Source of the DNA: an uncultured Verrucomicrobiae bacterium
GTDB lineage: Bacteria; Verrucomicrobiota; Verrucomicrobiia; Chthoniobacterales; Chthoniobacteraceae
DNA: 64,000 bases
Assembly (NCBI GenBank): GCA_963836755.1
Contig: CAWIKF010000002.1
Location: forward strand, 1,408,001-1,472,000
Reading direction: 5' to 3'
Shown here: in pieces, positions 40,722-51,053 of the stretch
Layout: every line of letters begins with the position of its first letter
Numbering within the stretch: the stretch's first letter is position 1
Translations under genes and position numbers: made by a program
The notes under the pieces: generated by a model
Database searches by the model: none
What the model was told of the DNA's origin: nothing
The model's input: the letters and a program-made list of their open reading frames with translations, nothing else

Positions 40722-41329
40722 TTTCGCGCCTCCAACGCTTGCTGATACGCCTCGTTGAGAGCGGCCATCGCTTCATTGCTGCCTCCGCGATCGGGATGTC
40801 GTTGCATCGACAAATTCCGATAGGCGGATTTGATGGCCTCCACGCTTGCGCTCGGCTCCACGCCGAGAATTGCATACCACGCGTCGCCGGTTTTCTCCGG
40901 CAGCGCCGCGAATCCGGTGAAAGCGCGATCCAAAAGCTGCGAGCTTCCCCAGCGCTCAATCCCGCGCAGCGCCTCGATCGTTTTTTGGATCGCGCGCATG
41001 TTTTTCCACACGGCGTCGTATTTGTCGCAGGCAAAGCAGACCTGCTTTTTTTTGCGCTGGAAATAAACCGCAACGCCCGGATCGGAAGGAGCGCGCACGT
41101 CGGCTCGCGGGAAACCGTCCCGGCGCAACGGCATGTTGGTCGAGATGACCACGTAATCCTTGATCGTGAAACTGCGCGCCTCACGCCCGAGCGCGATCCG
41201 ATCGATCTCGCCGATCAATTCGCGTCGCACCTTGTCCTGCGTGCCGTCAAATTGTCCCCGCTCGCGCAAATGCGCCGGCGTGCGAGCCCAGCCTTGAGGC
41301 CATAGCAGAGGGTAAGCGTAAGGGTCCAT
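40718..41329 (-). CDS. J-domain protein
   Basis: WYAILGV..IKSAYRNL...HPDRGG..LNEAY. Confidence 0.88.
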   Translation of the reverse strand: MDPYAYPLLWPQGWARTPAHLRERGQFDGTQDKVRRELIGEIDRIALGREARSFTIKDYVVISTNMPLRRDGFPRADVRAPSDPGVAVYFQRKKKQVCFACDKYDAVWKNMRAIQKTIEALRGIERWGSSQLLDRAFTGFAALPEKTGDAWYAILGVEPSASVEAIKSAYRNLSMQRHPDRGGSNEAMAALNEAYQQALEARK

Positions 41330-41904
41330 TAAAACGGTTCCTCTGCGGTTGTTTTCGGTTGTTTTACCGCGCGCTTTTTCATCTCGAAAACCAGCTTCCA
41401 GATTTGATTGGACGTCGCGTCGCCGAGCGCGCACTTGTGTTTGCTGCGGCAGATCGCGGCGGCGTAGGCGAGGGTTTTCTCCGCTGCCTTGCACGCCTCA
41501 TCCAGCTTGTAGAGCGCGAGCCGCTTTGCCTCCGTCCCCTGCGCGAGCTGCGCCTCGAATGCCGCGCCGCTCATCCCTGCGAGATCGAGCAGCCACGCCT
41601 CGATGGTTTTGTAATCGCCCTGCACACAGAGGGTGAGGCCGTGCTTGCCAGTCGCTTTTTCCACCTCCGCGTGGCGGAAGGCGTCGGCCTCCGCCGTGGT
41701 CGCCGGATCGCGGCCGTGCACTACCGCAAAGGCTTGACGGCTCAGCATGCAGAGCCGCGCCTTTTGCTCGTTGCTCAAAACTCCGCCCGGTCCCTTTGGA
41801 TAAGGATTGCGGCGTGTTTTCCAGTTGTTGGAAAACTTTGTTTCCACGGCAGCGGCGTTTGCAATGCCCAGCGGGCGGAGGATGCGGATCGCGGCCGTTT
41901 TCAT
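41329..41904 (-). CDS. GemA/gp16-like protein
   Basis: Helical pattern around EKATGKHGL and position in early region. Confidence 0.45.
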   Translation of the reverse strand: MKTAAIRILRPLGIANAAAVETKFSNNWKTRRNPYPKGPGGVLSNEQKARLCMLSRQAFAVVHGRDPATTAEADAFRHAEVEKATGKHGLTLCVQGDYKTIEAWLLDLAGMSGAAFEAQLAQGTEAKRLALYKLDEACKAAEKTLAYAAAICRSKHKCALGDATSNQIWKLVFEMKKRAVKQPKTTAEEPF

Positions 41905-42031
41905 GCGCGAAACAAAATCCGGTTGATGCGATGCCGGGCCTGCTCCCGGCGCAGAGCAGTCCACGCGCCGCGCGCTTTCCAGCCCGCCAGGAAAATACCG
42001 GCGGCGACTAGGGCGAAAAATCCGGTTTCGT

Positions 42032-42466
42032 TCATGGCCGCTTTTCCTCCTCACCATCGGTTGCGGAAATGCCCGTATCGCCTCCGCGATGCCCCGCGAA
42101 ATCGCGAGCGGCTTTTTCGCGGGCAGACCGAGCGGATTCCCGGTTACGCACCGCCATGGCCGCGCCGACTCCAGCCTCTTCCAGGATGCGGAAAATCTCC
42201 GCGTCCTCCATTTGCCCGAGCACGATCGCGTGGGCGATCCGGCCGATGCGCGCGCCAAGCTCCGCGAGATTTTGCAGGAGCTCAGCGGCCGGGTCGTTTT
42301 CCTCCGCGTTGCGCGCGAGGTTGACCAGGGTGCAGTGGCATTGGTCGAGCGCGTCCTCAATTTCCTCGGGCGGATTTTCCTCCGCGTTTTGCCGCTGCAC
42401 GGTGATGAGCGTGAGCGCGTGGAAAATGGAAGGCTGGTCGGCAAACTTGATGCCCGGCTTTTTCAT
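42032..42466 (-). CDS. Hypothetical protein
   Basis: 144-aa ORF coupled to gam. Confidence 0.55.
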   Translation of the reverse strand: MKKPGIKFADQPSIFHALTLITVQRQNAEENPPEEIEDALDQCHCTLVNLARNAEENDPAAELLQNLAELGARIGRIAHAIVLGQMEDAEIFRILEEAGVGAAMAVRNRESARSAREKAARDFAGHRGGDTGISATDGEEEKRP

Positions 42467-43026
42467 TTTCCCCCTTTCGTCTCTTCCTCATTGCTTGCCT
42501 TCACCGCTTTGCCGAGATCGACCTTTGCCGTCTTGATGGTGCAGTTTTCCGTGCTGGTGCGCGTGATGCGCAGCCGTTTCAAGTCGGCATCGTCGAGCTT
42601 CTCGAGCGCCTCGAGGTCGAGCTCCTTGCGCGTGCGCAGGAAGGCTTCGCTCGGAGCCTCAGCCTGGGCGGCGAGCTCTTCGGCAATGCGCTGCTCAATG
42701 AGCACGATCGTGAGCTCCTCGTTTGCGACGTTGAGAGACGTCGTCTTGCGCAGGCTCACGCTGCCAAACGGCGTTTTGACGGTTTTCGATTCCCGAAACC
42801 AATCGGGGTTGGCGCGGGCGATCACCTCGATCGCCAGCTCGGTCTCGCTGATTTTTTGCTGAAAGGCCGCGTAGTCGCTCTTGCGTTCATCGACCAGGTC
42901 GATGAAGGCGGATTGCGCTTCGTTCTCGAGCGCGGCGAGTCGCGCCTTGGCTTCCGCGTAAACGCTCATGACGTTGACCAGGTTGGCGAAGTCGAGCGCG
43001 CGGGCTTTGGTGTTCATTTCGGGCAT
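42463..43026 (-). CDS. gam: Mu Gam-like DNA end-protection protein
   Basis: Coiled coil then SKTVKTPFGSVSLRK and FLRTRKELDLEAL. Confidence 0.8.
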   Translation of the reverse strand: MPEMNTKARALDFANLVNVMSVYAEAKARLAALENEAQSAFIDLVDERKSDYAAFQQKISETELAIEVIARANPDWFRESKTVKTPFGSVSLRKTTSLNVANEELTIVLIEQRIAEELAAQAEAPSEAFLRTRKELDLEALEKLDDADLKRLRITRTSTENCTIKTAKVDLGKAVKASNEEETKGGK

Positions 43027-43906
43027 GATGGGATTTCTGTTTTGGTTGCTGCTTTTTTTGTGGTGGTGATGAAATTGCGAAAGAGCGGTTTGCGATCGTC
43101 GGTCGCTTCCGGGCGGGCGAGGTGCTCGACGGCAGCCCACCATTTTTCGACGAAGTGATCGTGGCGGTAGAGCGCGCGGCGCAGCTCCGGATCGCCGATC
43201 ATCCCGAAACAGGAGACGCAAAAGGCGAGGCCGCGCTTTTTCGCAGCGGTGCAAATGCAATGGCCGCCGTTGATCACTTTCACCGCCGCGCGGATTTCCT
43301 GACGGCTCAAGCGCGGTTTGACGGTTTGCTCAGTGTCCATCGGTGGCCTCCTTTTGCATGGCTTCCCCCGGCGGCTCCGCGAGCTCTTCGCGCCGCGTCA
43401 AAATGAGCTTGGCGAGCCGGAAACCGGCGTTGGCGCAAGGGCTGTTTTCCGTCCATTTTTTGATGGACGGTTCAAAGACGATGTCGGCTTGGAATCCGCC
43501 GGCATGCGTCGGATCGTCCGTGAGCGTGATCACGCAGCGCTGGCGTTTTGCTTTAGTGCCCATCGCCGGCCTCCACTTCTTTTTGCGCCGCGAGGGCAGC
43601 GCCACGCGCGGTGAAATAGCCGATCACCCCTGTGCGCACGCTTTCGTCCTGCCCGGCAAGAAAATCGGCCAGCAGCCGCAACATATTGCTCGTGCAGAGC
43701 GTCTCCGCGTTATCCTGCGTGAGTTGGTCGTCCCCCAAAAGCAGCGGGCGCATCCGCTGCATCTCCGCAAAGTTCGCCTCGAAGCTATCGAGCGCGCGGG
43801 CGACTTTCTGGATGAGCGCGAAGCGTTGCGCGATGAGTAGCTGTGACCACTCGCGCGGGAATTGCTTCGCGTTGACCTCCGGCGAACCGTCTGTTACCTC
43901 TGCCAT
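43014..43906 (-). other. Three small early hypothetical ORFs
   Basis: ORFs ending at 43014, 43330 and 43553 in tandem. Confidence 0.5.
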
Positions 43907-44274
43907 GGGAGCGCTCCTTTCGGGTTCATGCGGGCCGGTGCCACGGCGTTCGCGGCGCCGGCTCGCAACCGGATTTCATAATCCGCGCGAAACTTCACCG
44001 CGCGCCGCCACGCCTCTTCGCGGCCCAGCGTATCGACGCAGAATTTGCGGTTCGTGCCGCCGGCGTGGACGGCGAAGAATTTCCGTTTACAGCCGTGCGG
44101 TTTGCCGTTGGCGGTGACGACCAGGCTGATGCCGATGCAGCCGGTGCGATTGCGTTTTTCCCGCGCACACAGCGTGCCCGCCGGTTTGCCGGGGTGACGC
44201 TTGCGCACGGCGACGCGCTTGGTTTCTACATAGCGGCGATACCAGGCCGGGCAGTTCGGATCGGTGATGCTCAT
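43894..44274 (-). CDS. AP2-like DNA-binding protein
   Basis: NRTGCIGIS...KF.V..LGREEAWRRAV..R. Confidence 0.65.
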   Translation of the reverse strand: MSITDPNCPAWYRRYVETKRVAVRKRHPGKPAGTLCAREKRNRTGCIGISLVVTANGKPHGCKRKFFAVHAGGTNRKFCVDTLGREEAWRRAVKFRADYEIRLRAGAANAVAPARMNPKGALPWQR

Positions 44275-44729
44275 CGCGCTTCCTCCGTTTGACGAAACCG
44301 CGGGCGCAGCGAGACGCTGAGACAACCGCATGCACCAACGATTTTCTTGCCGCCACAGCGCTTGCAAAAGCGATCGAAAATCTGCTCGAGTAGCGTGATC
44401 CGCTCGAAGGTGGCGCTGTCGTCGATGAAATCGAGCACATCGCTTTCCTGCATCAGATCGACCACATCCTCCTCGCTCTCCTTTCCCACTTTTTCCTCGC
44501 GAGGGTCCTTTGCCTCGACTGGAAGGAACCGCTCTAAAATATCCAATTTTTCGTCTCCGGTGAGCGTTGCAAAAGCTTCCACCAGCAGCTCGAAACTTTC
44601 CGTGCCGACGCCGAGATACCAAGCGACGAACGGATCATCTTTGATGCGGCGTAGTATGTGACGGATCGCCTTCCGCGCCTGTTCCAGCGGTTCCAGTCCT
44701 TCCGCGTCCATGGAATGAGTCCGGTTCAT
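44271..44729 (-). CDS. Hypothetical protein
   Basis: Coupled to the ATPase stop; CKRC..CGC motif. Confidence 0.5.
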   Translation of the reverse strand: MNRTHSMDAEGLEPLEQARKAIRHILRRIKDDPFVAWYLGVGTESFELLVEAFATLTGDEKLDILERFLPVEAKDPREEKVGKESEEDVVDLMQESDVLDFIDDSATFERITLLEQIFDRFCKRCGGKKIVGACGCLSVSLRPRFRQTEEAR

Positions 44730-45712
44730 CGGCTTGCCACCTCCTCCGTGACTGCGCTGGTGAAGAGCTCGATCCCCACCGGCTCGCCATCGGCCATCGT
44801 GTTCACGCGCTTGCAGACATCGCGCACAAACGCCAGCCGGCCGAAGTTTGCCGCCTTGTCGAGCACGAGGCGCAGCGCCTGTTTGCAGTCGCCATTGGCC
44901 CAATTCACACGCCGCTCCAGCAGCTTGCGCGCGTCGCTCTCCCGCACGTCGCGCCCGAGCCGGATCACTTCCGCGAGCCGGTTGCCGGTGAGCTGCCGGC
45001 ATTCCTCAAACGCTGCCGACTCGAGTTTTTTCCATAGCGTGTCGATCGCGATGTTGATGATCTCCCCATCGGTCTGGTTGATGATCGTCACCTCGACGTT
45101 GAGGTTTACGCGACCCAGGTGGTGCGCTTCCTCCACCACCAGGCAGCGGCGGCTTTCGCGCAGTTTGTCGATCACCTTGTTGAGCCGCTCGACGAGCACC
45201 ATCGGCAAATTCTGCTCGCCAAAAGCGATCAGGATCGCGCCTAGGAAAGCCATCGGGCTTCCATTCCAAGCCGCGCTCGCCTCAATTTTCAAAAGCCGCG
45301 AGCCGTATTTCTCGAGCAGGATTTTGCGAGCACAGGTTTTCCCCGATCCGCTGGGGCCGATCAGGAAAATTGCGCGGCCGTTGCCGCTCTCGCGCATCGT
45401 CTCGATGAAAACGCGGCGGAGCTGCACCACCGGCCAGAGGTCATCGTAAAGCTGCTCCTCGTGATCGTCGTCATCGCCGATCGATTCGATGAGCGCAAAG
45501 ACGCTCCGGTATTTCGAGAGCTGGTTCTCGAGGTCGAGATCAGCCAGCTCACCTTTCAAGATTTTCCCAAACGTGCGGTCGCTGCCGATGTCCGGAAACT
45601 TTTTGCGCAGTTGCGAAAAGCTGAGCCCCTTCGCTTCCTGGTAATCCTTCACGGCCAGTGCTTTTTCGCGCAGCTCGTTTGCCTCCATCGTGGTGAGAAG
45701 TTCCGGAGCCAT
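44726..45712 (-). CDS. MuB-like AAA+ transposition ATPase
   Basis: N-terminal HTH, GPSGSGKT, LVVEEAHHL; downstream of transposase. Confidence 0.88.
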   Translation of the reverse strand: MAPELLTTMEANELREKALAVKDYQEAKGLSFSQLRKKFPDIGSDRTFGKILKGELADLDLENQLSKYRSVFALIESIGDDDDHEEQLYDDLWPVVQLRRVFIETMRESGNGRAIFLIGPSGSGKTCARKILLEKYGSRLLKIEASAAWNGSPMAFLGAILIAFGEQNLPMVLVERLNKVIDKLRESRRCLVVEEAHHLGRVNLNVEVTIINQTDGEIINIAIDTLWKKLESAAFEECRQLTGNRLAEVIRLGRDVRESDARKLLERRVNWANGDCKQALRLVLDKAANFGRLAFVRDVCKRVNTMADGEPVGIELFTSAVTEEVASR

Positions 45713-45913
45713 TTACGCCACCTCCTTTTTCGAGAGCTCTTGTTTGATGCAGATGTTGACGCCTGGATTATCCAAGCGCAGAACGATTTCGCCCTCTTCG
45801 GGTTTTACGTCTCCGGTGGACCATTCGAGGATGTCTTTCATCCTCAACTTCGGGTTGTTCGTGGCGATTTTGGCTTTCGCCAGGATTTCTCTTTCGAGTG
45901 TTTTTAGACTCAT
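45713..45913 (-). CDS. Small hypothetical protein
   Basis: 66-aa ORF between A and B. Confidence 0.5.
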   Translation of the reverse strand: MSLKTLEREILAKAKIATNNPKLRMKDILEWSTGDVKPEEGEIVLRLDNPGVNICIKQELSKKEVA

Positions 45914-45960
45914 TTTTTCGGGTTCTTTCTGTTTTTAGGTTCACTGCAAACGCCGGTGGT

Positions 45961-47733
45961 TCAGGCCGGCAAAATGTCTCCGCGCTCTCGCGCAGCGGCC
46001 TCGAGCCGCTCGATGCGGTTGATCTCCGCGGCTTCGTCCACGATGGACTCCGCCCCGCCGGCGGCGCGGCGTCCCCCCGAACGCGCGCCGCCGGATACGA
46101 CCGCGGACGGTTTTGAAATTTCGACCCGGCCGCCCTCGCCATTGTCAGCGCTGCGGACCCGCGAAAGCGTGTTGCGCAAACCGAGCGTGCGGACCTCGCT
46201 GATCACCGCGTCGGAAAAATCGCGACGGCGCTGGTAGCCGCTTTCGTCCTGCATTCCCGCCGCGAGCGCGAACTGCGGGCAGCCGTCTATGCACTCGGCA
46301 TGGCCAATGACAGTCCCGCTGTTTCTCCCTGTTAAACAAACGAGCGTTGCGCCGTTTTCCGGAATGTAGCTATCGAAATAGACGGCGATTTTTTCGCCTT
46401 CAAACCGCCACAGGTTTTCGTGGTGAAACCAGTGCGCGCCCTTGCTTTTGTCGTCGCGGGTAAAGCGGACCATCACGTGCGCCTTTGCGGCGGTGACTTC
46501 GCGCTTGTCGCGCGCAAAGAGCCAGCCCTGGTCGTCCTCCAGTTTTTTCAGCGGCTCAGCTCCGGTCCCTTGTTGCCAAAGCGCCGCCGGCACGCCGTGG
46601 TAAATGACTCCTTCCACCGGCTCCCAGTTCACGTAGTGGAGCCGCTTCTCGATTTCGTCGCACAATTTTTCAAAGCTCAAAAAGTGATCGCGCGGATCGC
46701 GCTGGCCGGCGCGGCACTGCATCCAAAGCTTCGTCGCCTTTTCAAACTCGCCCTGCCGCCGCCCGATCTGGCCGGGAATCGTGGCCATGACCTTTTGCAA
46801 AAAGTTAAACCGGTTCTCGATGATCTTCGTGGTCGGGCTCTGGCTCTCGATCACGCGCAACCCGAGTGCCGCCATGCCGCCCAGGCGCGCATCCTCATCC
46901 GTATGGCCAGCCTCGATCCGCGCCTCCTGGTCGCCGCGCAGTTTCTTCGCTGCCCAGGTGCCGCGCTCCCACCGCTCGCCGATCCGCGGCATCCCGATCT
47001 CGCGGTAGGTGGTCGCCACCCACTGCCAGATGTCATCGGCGCGGTAGCTGTCCTTTGGCCGAATCAGGAAATTGAAGCTCGGGAAAAACAGGCTCCCGAC
47101 GTCGATTTGCAAAAGATTCTGCCCGCGGAACGGGCGCACGCCAAACTTCTCGCTGCACGGATCGCCGCGCCACGGCCATTCCACCCAGCCGATGAAGTTG
47201 TTGCTCATGTCGTCGCGCTCGAAAAGGTCGCCCGGCTCGATTTTTTTCTCCGTCCCGCCGGCGTCGAGGTAGGTGAGCGTGCGCGGGTTGATGAAGCAGT
47301 TGATCCGCGTGCGGCGCGGCGACTTGTAAAAATTGACGACCTGGCTATCCACATGCGCCTGGCCGCGGAGTGTGGGTGTGAGTGTGTGCTTGGAGCTGCG
47401 CCGCGCGCGAATGACCTCCGCCACCTCCGGCCGGCACTGCGGACTGTCGGCCAGCATGCGCAGCGCCTGCGTCTTGCTCTCGAGCTTGACCGCAAGGTGT
47501 TTCACAAGCGTTTGCTCGCTTTCATTCAGCACTGCGAGCGGCTTGCGACCCGATTGAGTCCGGTCTGGCTCGAGCGCGGCGAGGCCGCCGGCGAGGTAGG
47601 CGCGCCGCCACCGCGAGATGTTCGCGGAGGAGACGCCGAGCACGAAGGCGATCTTGTTTTGACTGATGCCCTTGCTTTCGGCGAGGGCGACCTGCCGCAG
47701 GATTTGCTCACGCTCGAGCGCCGTCTGCGTCAT
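45961..47733 (-). CDS. MuA-like transposase
   Basis: N-terminal HTH then GLAALEP..SGR; core FERDD / WERG / KIIENRFN. Confidence 0.85.
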   Translation of the reverse strand: MTQTALEREQILRQVALAESKGISQNKIAFVLGVSSANISRWRRAYLAGGLAALEPDRTQSGRKPLAVLNESEQTLVKHLAVKLESKTQALRMLADSPQCRPEVAEVIRARRSSKHTLTPTLRGQAHVDSQVVNFYKSPRRTRINCFINPRTLTYLDAGGTEKKIEPGDLFERDDMSNNFIGWVEWPWRGDPCSEKFGVRPFRGQNLLQIDVGSLFFPSFNFLIRPKDSYRADDIWQWVATTYREIGMPRIGERWERGTWAAKKLRGDQEARIEAGHTDEDARLGGMAALGLRVIESQSPTTKIIENRFNFLQKVMATIPGQIGRRQGEFEKATKLWMQCRAGQRDPRDHFLSFEKLCDEIEKRLHYVNWEPVEGVIYHGVPAALWQQGTGAEPLKKLEDDQGWLFARDKREVTAAKAHVMVRFTRDDKSKGAHWFHHENLWRFEGEKIAVYFDSYIPENGATLVCLTGRNSGTVIGHAECIDGCPQFALAAGMQDESGYQRRRDFSDAVISEVRTLGLRNTLSRVRSADNGEGGRVEISKPSAVVSGGARSGGRRAAGGAESIVDEAAEINRIERLEAAARERGDILPA

Positions 47734-48066
47734 TTAGTTTTTCCCTCCCGCGATCGCCACGACCAGCGCCGCCAGCGCCAGCCACGCGGCCATGGCCCAA
47801 GGGCTTAAAAAACAATAAAACCCGGCGAGGCAAAGGAGCGTGAAAAGCCAATGGCTCTTGGTCTCATTAGCTGCGCAGACAAGGCCGACAAACAAGGTCA
47901 AGGCGCGCACCAGCAGGAGGAGCCAATCCATCGCCTCTTTCCAGTCAGTCACAGCGCCGGATGCGTTTCCGGGAAAGACGGTGCAGTAACTTTTAGCGGC
48001 AGCTACCAGCGTGAGCAGCAAAACCACCGTCACGGTCGATGAGAGGAAAAGTTTGCCGGCTTTCAT
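47734..48066 (-). CDS. Small membrane protein
   Basis: Several hydrophobic segments in 110 aa. Confidence 0.55.
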   Translation of the reverse strand: MKAGKLFLSSTVTVVLLLTLVAAAKSYCTVFPGNASGAVTDWKEAMDWLLLLVRALTLFVGLVCAANETKSHWLFTLLCLAGFYCFLSPWAMAAWLALAALVVAIAGGKN

Positions 48067-48923
48067 ACCTGCTCTCCCTGCAAATCCTCGGGCACCATTT
48101 CCGCGATCTCATTCCAAAGGGCCACGATGCGCTGGCGATGCTCAAAATCGACCTTCTTCCAGTTTTTAAACGCGCTTTTAACGCTGACCAAGCTTGTGTA
48201 ACACAACCGCGCGTAGTCGGTTTGTGCCTTGTGCTTGCCTTTGGTGCAGTCGCGGCCGGCCTGCCCGGCATAGATGCGCGTGATCGCCACCTGCTCCTCA
48301 ATGATCGCCTTGCGCACGAGCACCCAATCTTCCGCGCTGCACTTTTTGTGCAGCTCCGCGAGCAGCGTGAAATACTGGTAAGGGACCTTGTAACGCTCTG
48401 CGATTTCGCGGTAGCTGGCGTCCGCTGCCTCGCTGTTTTTGCCGATGGTGGCCACTGAATGAACACCATCGCCATTCTTGGCGTGATTGCGGTTTTTGCC
48501 ATTCGCCTTCGCGAGATTCGACTTCCGCTTTTTCGCTTGTTTTACAAGTGCGGGGTGTTTCTCAAAGAGCAGCAACACGACGCCGCTTTTTGTGAGCTGC
48601 CGCCCCGTCGTGACCTCATCGATCACAAACTCCATGAGCGAATTTTCCGCGATGCCATTCACCAGAACCGGCACGCGTGAAAGCCCGAGCTCAATCGCGC
48701 TTTTGCGCCGGCCGCGGCCCGAGTAGATGGCGATCCGCCCGGTCTGCGGCACGATCACGCCGCGTAGCTCGACCTTGATCCCCTGCGCGGCGATCGAGGC
48801 TTTTAAATTTTCGTATTGGTCGGGAGCCTGCTCAGGAAATCCGTGGAGGATTGGATGAATTTCAAGTTCGCCCGGCGCGAGGTGTTTTAGTTGTGGGTCC
48901 ATGTTTTTGCGTTGGTTGGTCAA
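48063..48923 (-). CDS. ParB-like protein
   Basis: LEIHP...LKASIAAQGI..SGRGRRKSAIELGL..VPV, then RQLT and an HTH. Confidence 0.72.
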   Translation of the reverse strand: MTNQRKNMDPQLKHLAPGELEIHPILHGFPEQAPDQYENLKASIAAQGIKVELRGVIVPQTGRIAIYSGRGRRKSAIELGLSRVPVLVNGIAENSLMEFVIDEVTTGRQLTKSGVVLLLFEKHPALVKQAKKRKSNLAKANGKNRNHAKNGDGVHSVATIGKNSEAADASYREIAERYKVPYQYFTLLAELHKKCSAEDWVLVRKAIIEEQVAITRIYAGQAGRDCTKGKHKAQTDYARLCYTSLVSVKSAFKNWKKVDFEHRQRIVALWNEIAEMVPEDLQGEQV

Positions 48924-48947
48924 AAAAAGTTTTCATGCCGCGGCCTT

Positions 48948-49166
48948 TCACGTGTTTAACGGGAGTTTCATTTGCGCTGAGGCGAAGAGCTCAAGCTGTG
49001 AATCCGCGTCCACGAGGTTCCGGACGATCTGGCGGAGCTGGCTGAGGCCGTCGAAGTCGCCGCTCATCATCGTCATGCCGCGCAGGTAGCGAACGCCTTC
49101 CGCCAGCGGCATCGTGCGCGCGTGGCGGATCGATTCCGCGAGAAAGAATTTCTCGTCGCCCGTCAT
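48948..49166 (-). CDS. Small hypothetical protein
   Basis: Coupled to the Cro-like gene. Confidence 0.5.
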   Translation of the reverse strand: MTGDEKFFLAESIRHARTMPLAEGVRYLRGMTMMSGDFDGLSQLRQIVRNLVDADSQLELFASAQMKLPLNT

Positions 49167-49369
49167 GATTTTGCCCCCGCTTTCAAGGCGCGATAACGGG
49201 CCAGAAGCGACTCGCTTTTGCGCTCCCGCTTGAGCACACGCCAAAGGTGAGTGCGATTGACTCCCAGCTTTTGTGCGTCGCGCCCGATTCCAGCGAAGCG
49301 CTTTTTCTTGCTTTTCTTTTTGTTGCTGGCAACAATCACAGGAGTTGTGTAAACCGCTAATGTTAACAA
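49163..49369 (-). CDS. Ner/Cro-like HTH protein (start uncertain)
   Basis: DAQKLGVNRTHLWRVLKRERKS; divergent from repressor. Confidence 0.75.
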   Translation of the reverse strand: MLTLAVYTTPVIVASNKKKSKKKRFAGIGRDAQKLGVNRTHLWRVLKRERKSESLLARYRALKAGAKS

Positions 49370-49411
49370 GGCAACAAAAAAGTGAACACTTCTGCCGACT
49401 TTGTTAACAAG
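49361..49411. promoter_or_regulatory. Putative operators
   Basis: TGTTAACAAG at 49361 and 49402, palindromic core, at the divergence point. Confidence 0.5.
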
Positions 49412-50032
49412 CTCAAGGCGTGGCGTGAGCGGCGGATGCTTTCGCAGGAGGACGCAGCAAAGCTGCTTGGTGTCTCGAGGTCGTATCTAAGCCAGTTGGA
49501 GAACGGTCGGGAGCCAGGGATCGAGCTGCTCGTTAATTTCAAGCATCTTGAGTTGAGTGAACAAAGAGTTAACTTTCAACAGCAGTCGCAAGGGTTTTCA
49601 GTTAACGCAGAATCGCCGCCGGCTTATCCCGCGGTTCCGATCCGCGGCGTGCCGCTGATTTCATGGGCCTCCGCCGGCGAGGCTGTTTCCTATGAGGAAT
49701 TGCCGCTCGACTGGCAGGCTACGGTGCCGACCACGGCGCGCGATGAGAAAGCTTTTGCCATCACCATCCAGGGCGATTCCATGGAGCCAAAATTCTCCGC
49801 TGGCGACCGCCTGATTTTGCTGCCGAGCGTGCCACCGCGTAACGGTTGCCTGGTCGTCGCGCGCTTCCGTTCAGACGGCGTGGTTTTCAAGCTGTTTAAC
49901 ATCGTCAACAGCACGGAGCGCGCTTTTCGGCTCACGAGTTACAACCCCGTTTATCCGCCGCTCGATTGCAGGGAAGAAGATTTCGACTGGATTTATCCTG
50001 TCTTCGAAGTGCTTAAAAACGTCTGGAGATGA
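49382..50032 (+). CDS. CI-like repressor (XRE HTH + S24 peptidase)
   Basis: SQEDAAKLLGVSRSYLSQLENG; ASAG cleavage site; GDSMEP; VFK. Confidence 0.93.
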   Translation: MNTSADFVNKLKAWRERRMLSQEDAAKLLGVSRSYLSQLENGREPGIELLVNFKHLELSEQRVNFQQQSQGFSVNAESPPAYPAVPIRGVPLISWASAGEAVSYEELPLDWQATVPTTARDEKAFAITIQGDSMEPKFSAGDRLILLPSVPPRNGCLVVARFRSDGVVFKLFNIVNSTERAFRLTSYNPVYPPLDCREEDFDWIYPVFEVLKNVWR

Positions 50033-50036
50033 ATGG

Positions 50037-50585
50037 ATGAGCGTCGCGTTTGTCACCGTGGTCGCGACGATTTTTTTAATCCCGTTCTGGCTGAGGTCCC
50101 GACGCGGAATCTTTCGCAACCCGAAGCAGGCGGTTCCTTTCATCATTAAAAACTTCCACACCTTGACCCAAAAAGAATTTCAACCGCTCGAGCACTCACT
50201 CTCGCGCCGCTTTCCGCGCAGCCCGGAGCTTGATTTGATTTACGCGCTGCGCGTGTCGTTGCCGGTGCGGCAGGTTACAAGCATAAAAACGCTTGGTTCG
50301 CGGTGGAGCTGCGCAAACTTCGGCGCCGGAGGCTCTGGTTTGCAGCTCGCCTCCGATTCTCGAAACCATCGCGCCGCTCAAACTTTTCTGACCCGCTTCT
50401 ATTTGGAAAAGTTTCGCGAGCTGGCTACGCATGAAATGGAAACCGCGCGCGAAAAGGAACTGCACAGCCGCCGGAGCGGAGCGACGGCGCGGGTTCGCAA
50501 GAAGATCACGGATTCGCAATACGACTTCATTCCCGAGTTGCCAGGCTTACGCGAAGAGATCGACCGCTTCTTGAAATCCCCATGA
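50037..50585 (+). CDS. Membrane-anchored hypothetical protein
   Basis: N-terminal TM; follows repressor. Confidence 0.55.
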   Translation: MSVAFVTVVATIFLIPFWLRSRRGIFRNPKQAVPFIIKNFHTLTQKEFQPLEHSLSRRFPRSPELDLIYALRVSLPVRQVTSIKTLGSRWSCANFGAGGSGLQLASDSRNHRAAQTFLTRFYLEKFRELATHEMETAREKELHSRRSGATARVRKKITDSQYDFIPELPGLREEIDRFLKSP

Positions 50586-51025
50586 AGAAACTTCTCATTG
50601 TCGTTTGTGTGACATTGTGTCTTTCGGTTCAACAAAGAGCCTGGGCGCGCCTCGGTGAAACTCGCGCGGAGTTAATGACGCGTTATGGAAAAGTGGAGAG
50701 CGAATCCAACGGTCCGTTCGGCGAGTTGAGCCTTACTTTTTACAAAGGCGGTTTTTGCATCACGGCTGATTTAATCGGTCAAAAAACGGTGAACCTGGTG
50801 ATTCAAAAATTGGACAAAAGCGCGATCAGCGAAGCCGAAATGGCGGCGCTCTTGTCAGACAATGCAAATGGCCAGCAATGGAAAAAAGGAGCTGTCCCCG
50901 ATTATTGGATGCGGACGGATGGAGCGGTCGCGGTTGGTGGCGGCAAGACAATCTCTTTTTCCACTCCTGAGTGGCTTTCAAAATCAAAACCGTCTTCCGG
51001 GAAAAACAACCTCTCCGGCTTCTGA
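50582..51025 (+). CDS. Secreted hypothetical protein
   Basis: Signal peptide ending AWA. Confidence 0.7.
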   Translation: MKKLLIVVCVTLCLSVQQRAWARLGETRAELMTRYGKVESESNGPFGELSLTFYKGGFCITADLIGQKTVNLVIQKLDKSAISEAEMAALLSDNANGQQWKKGAVPDYWMRTDGAVAVGGGKTISFSTPEWLSKSKPSSGKNNLSGF

Positions 51026-51053
51026 TGATTCCGCGCTAACCCTATAGATTACT

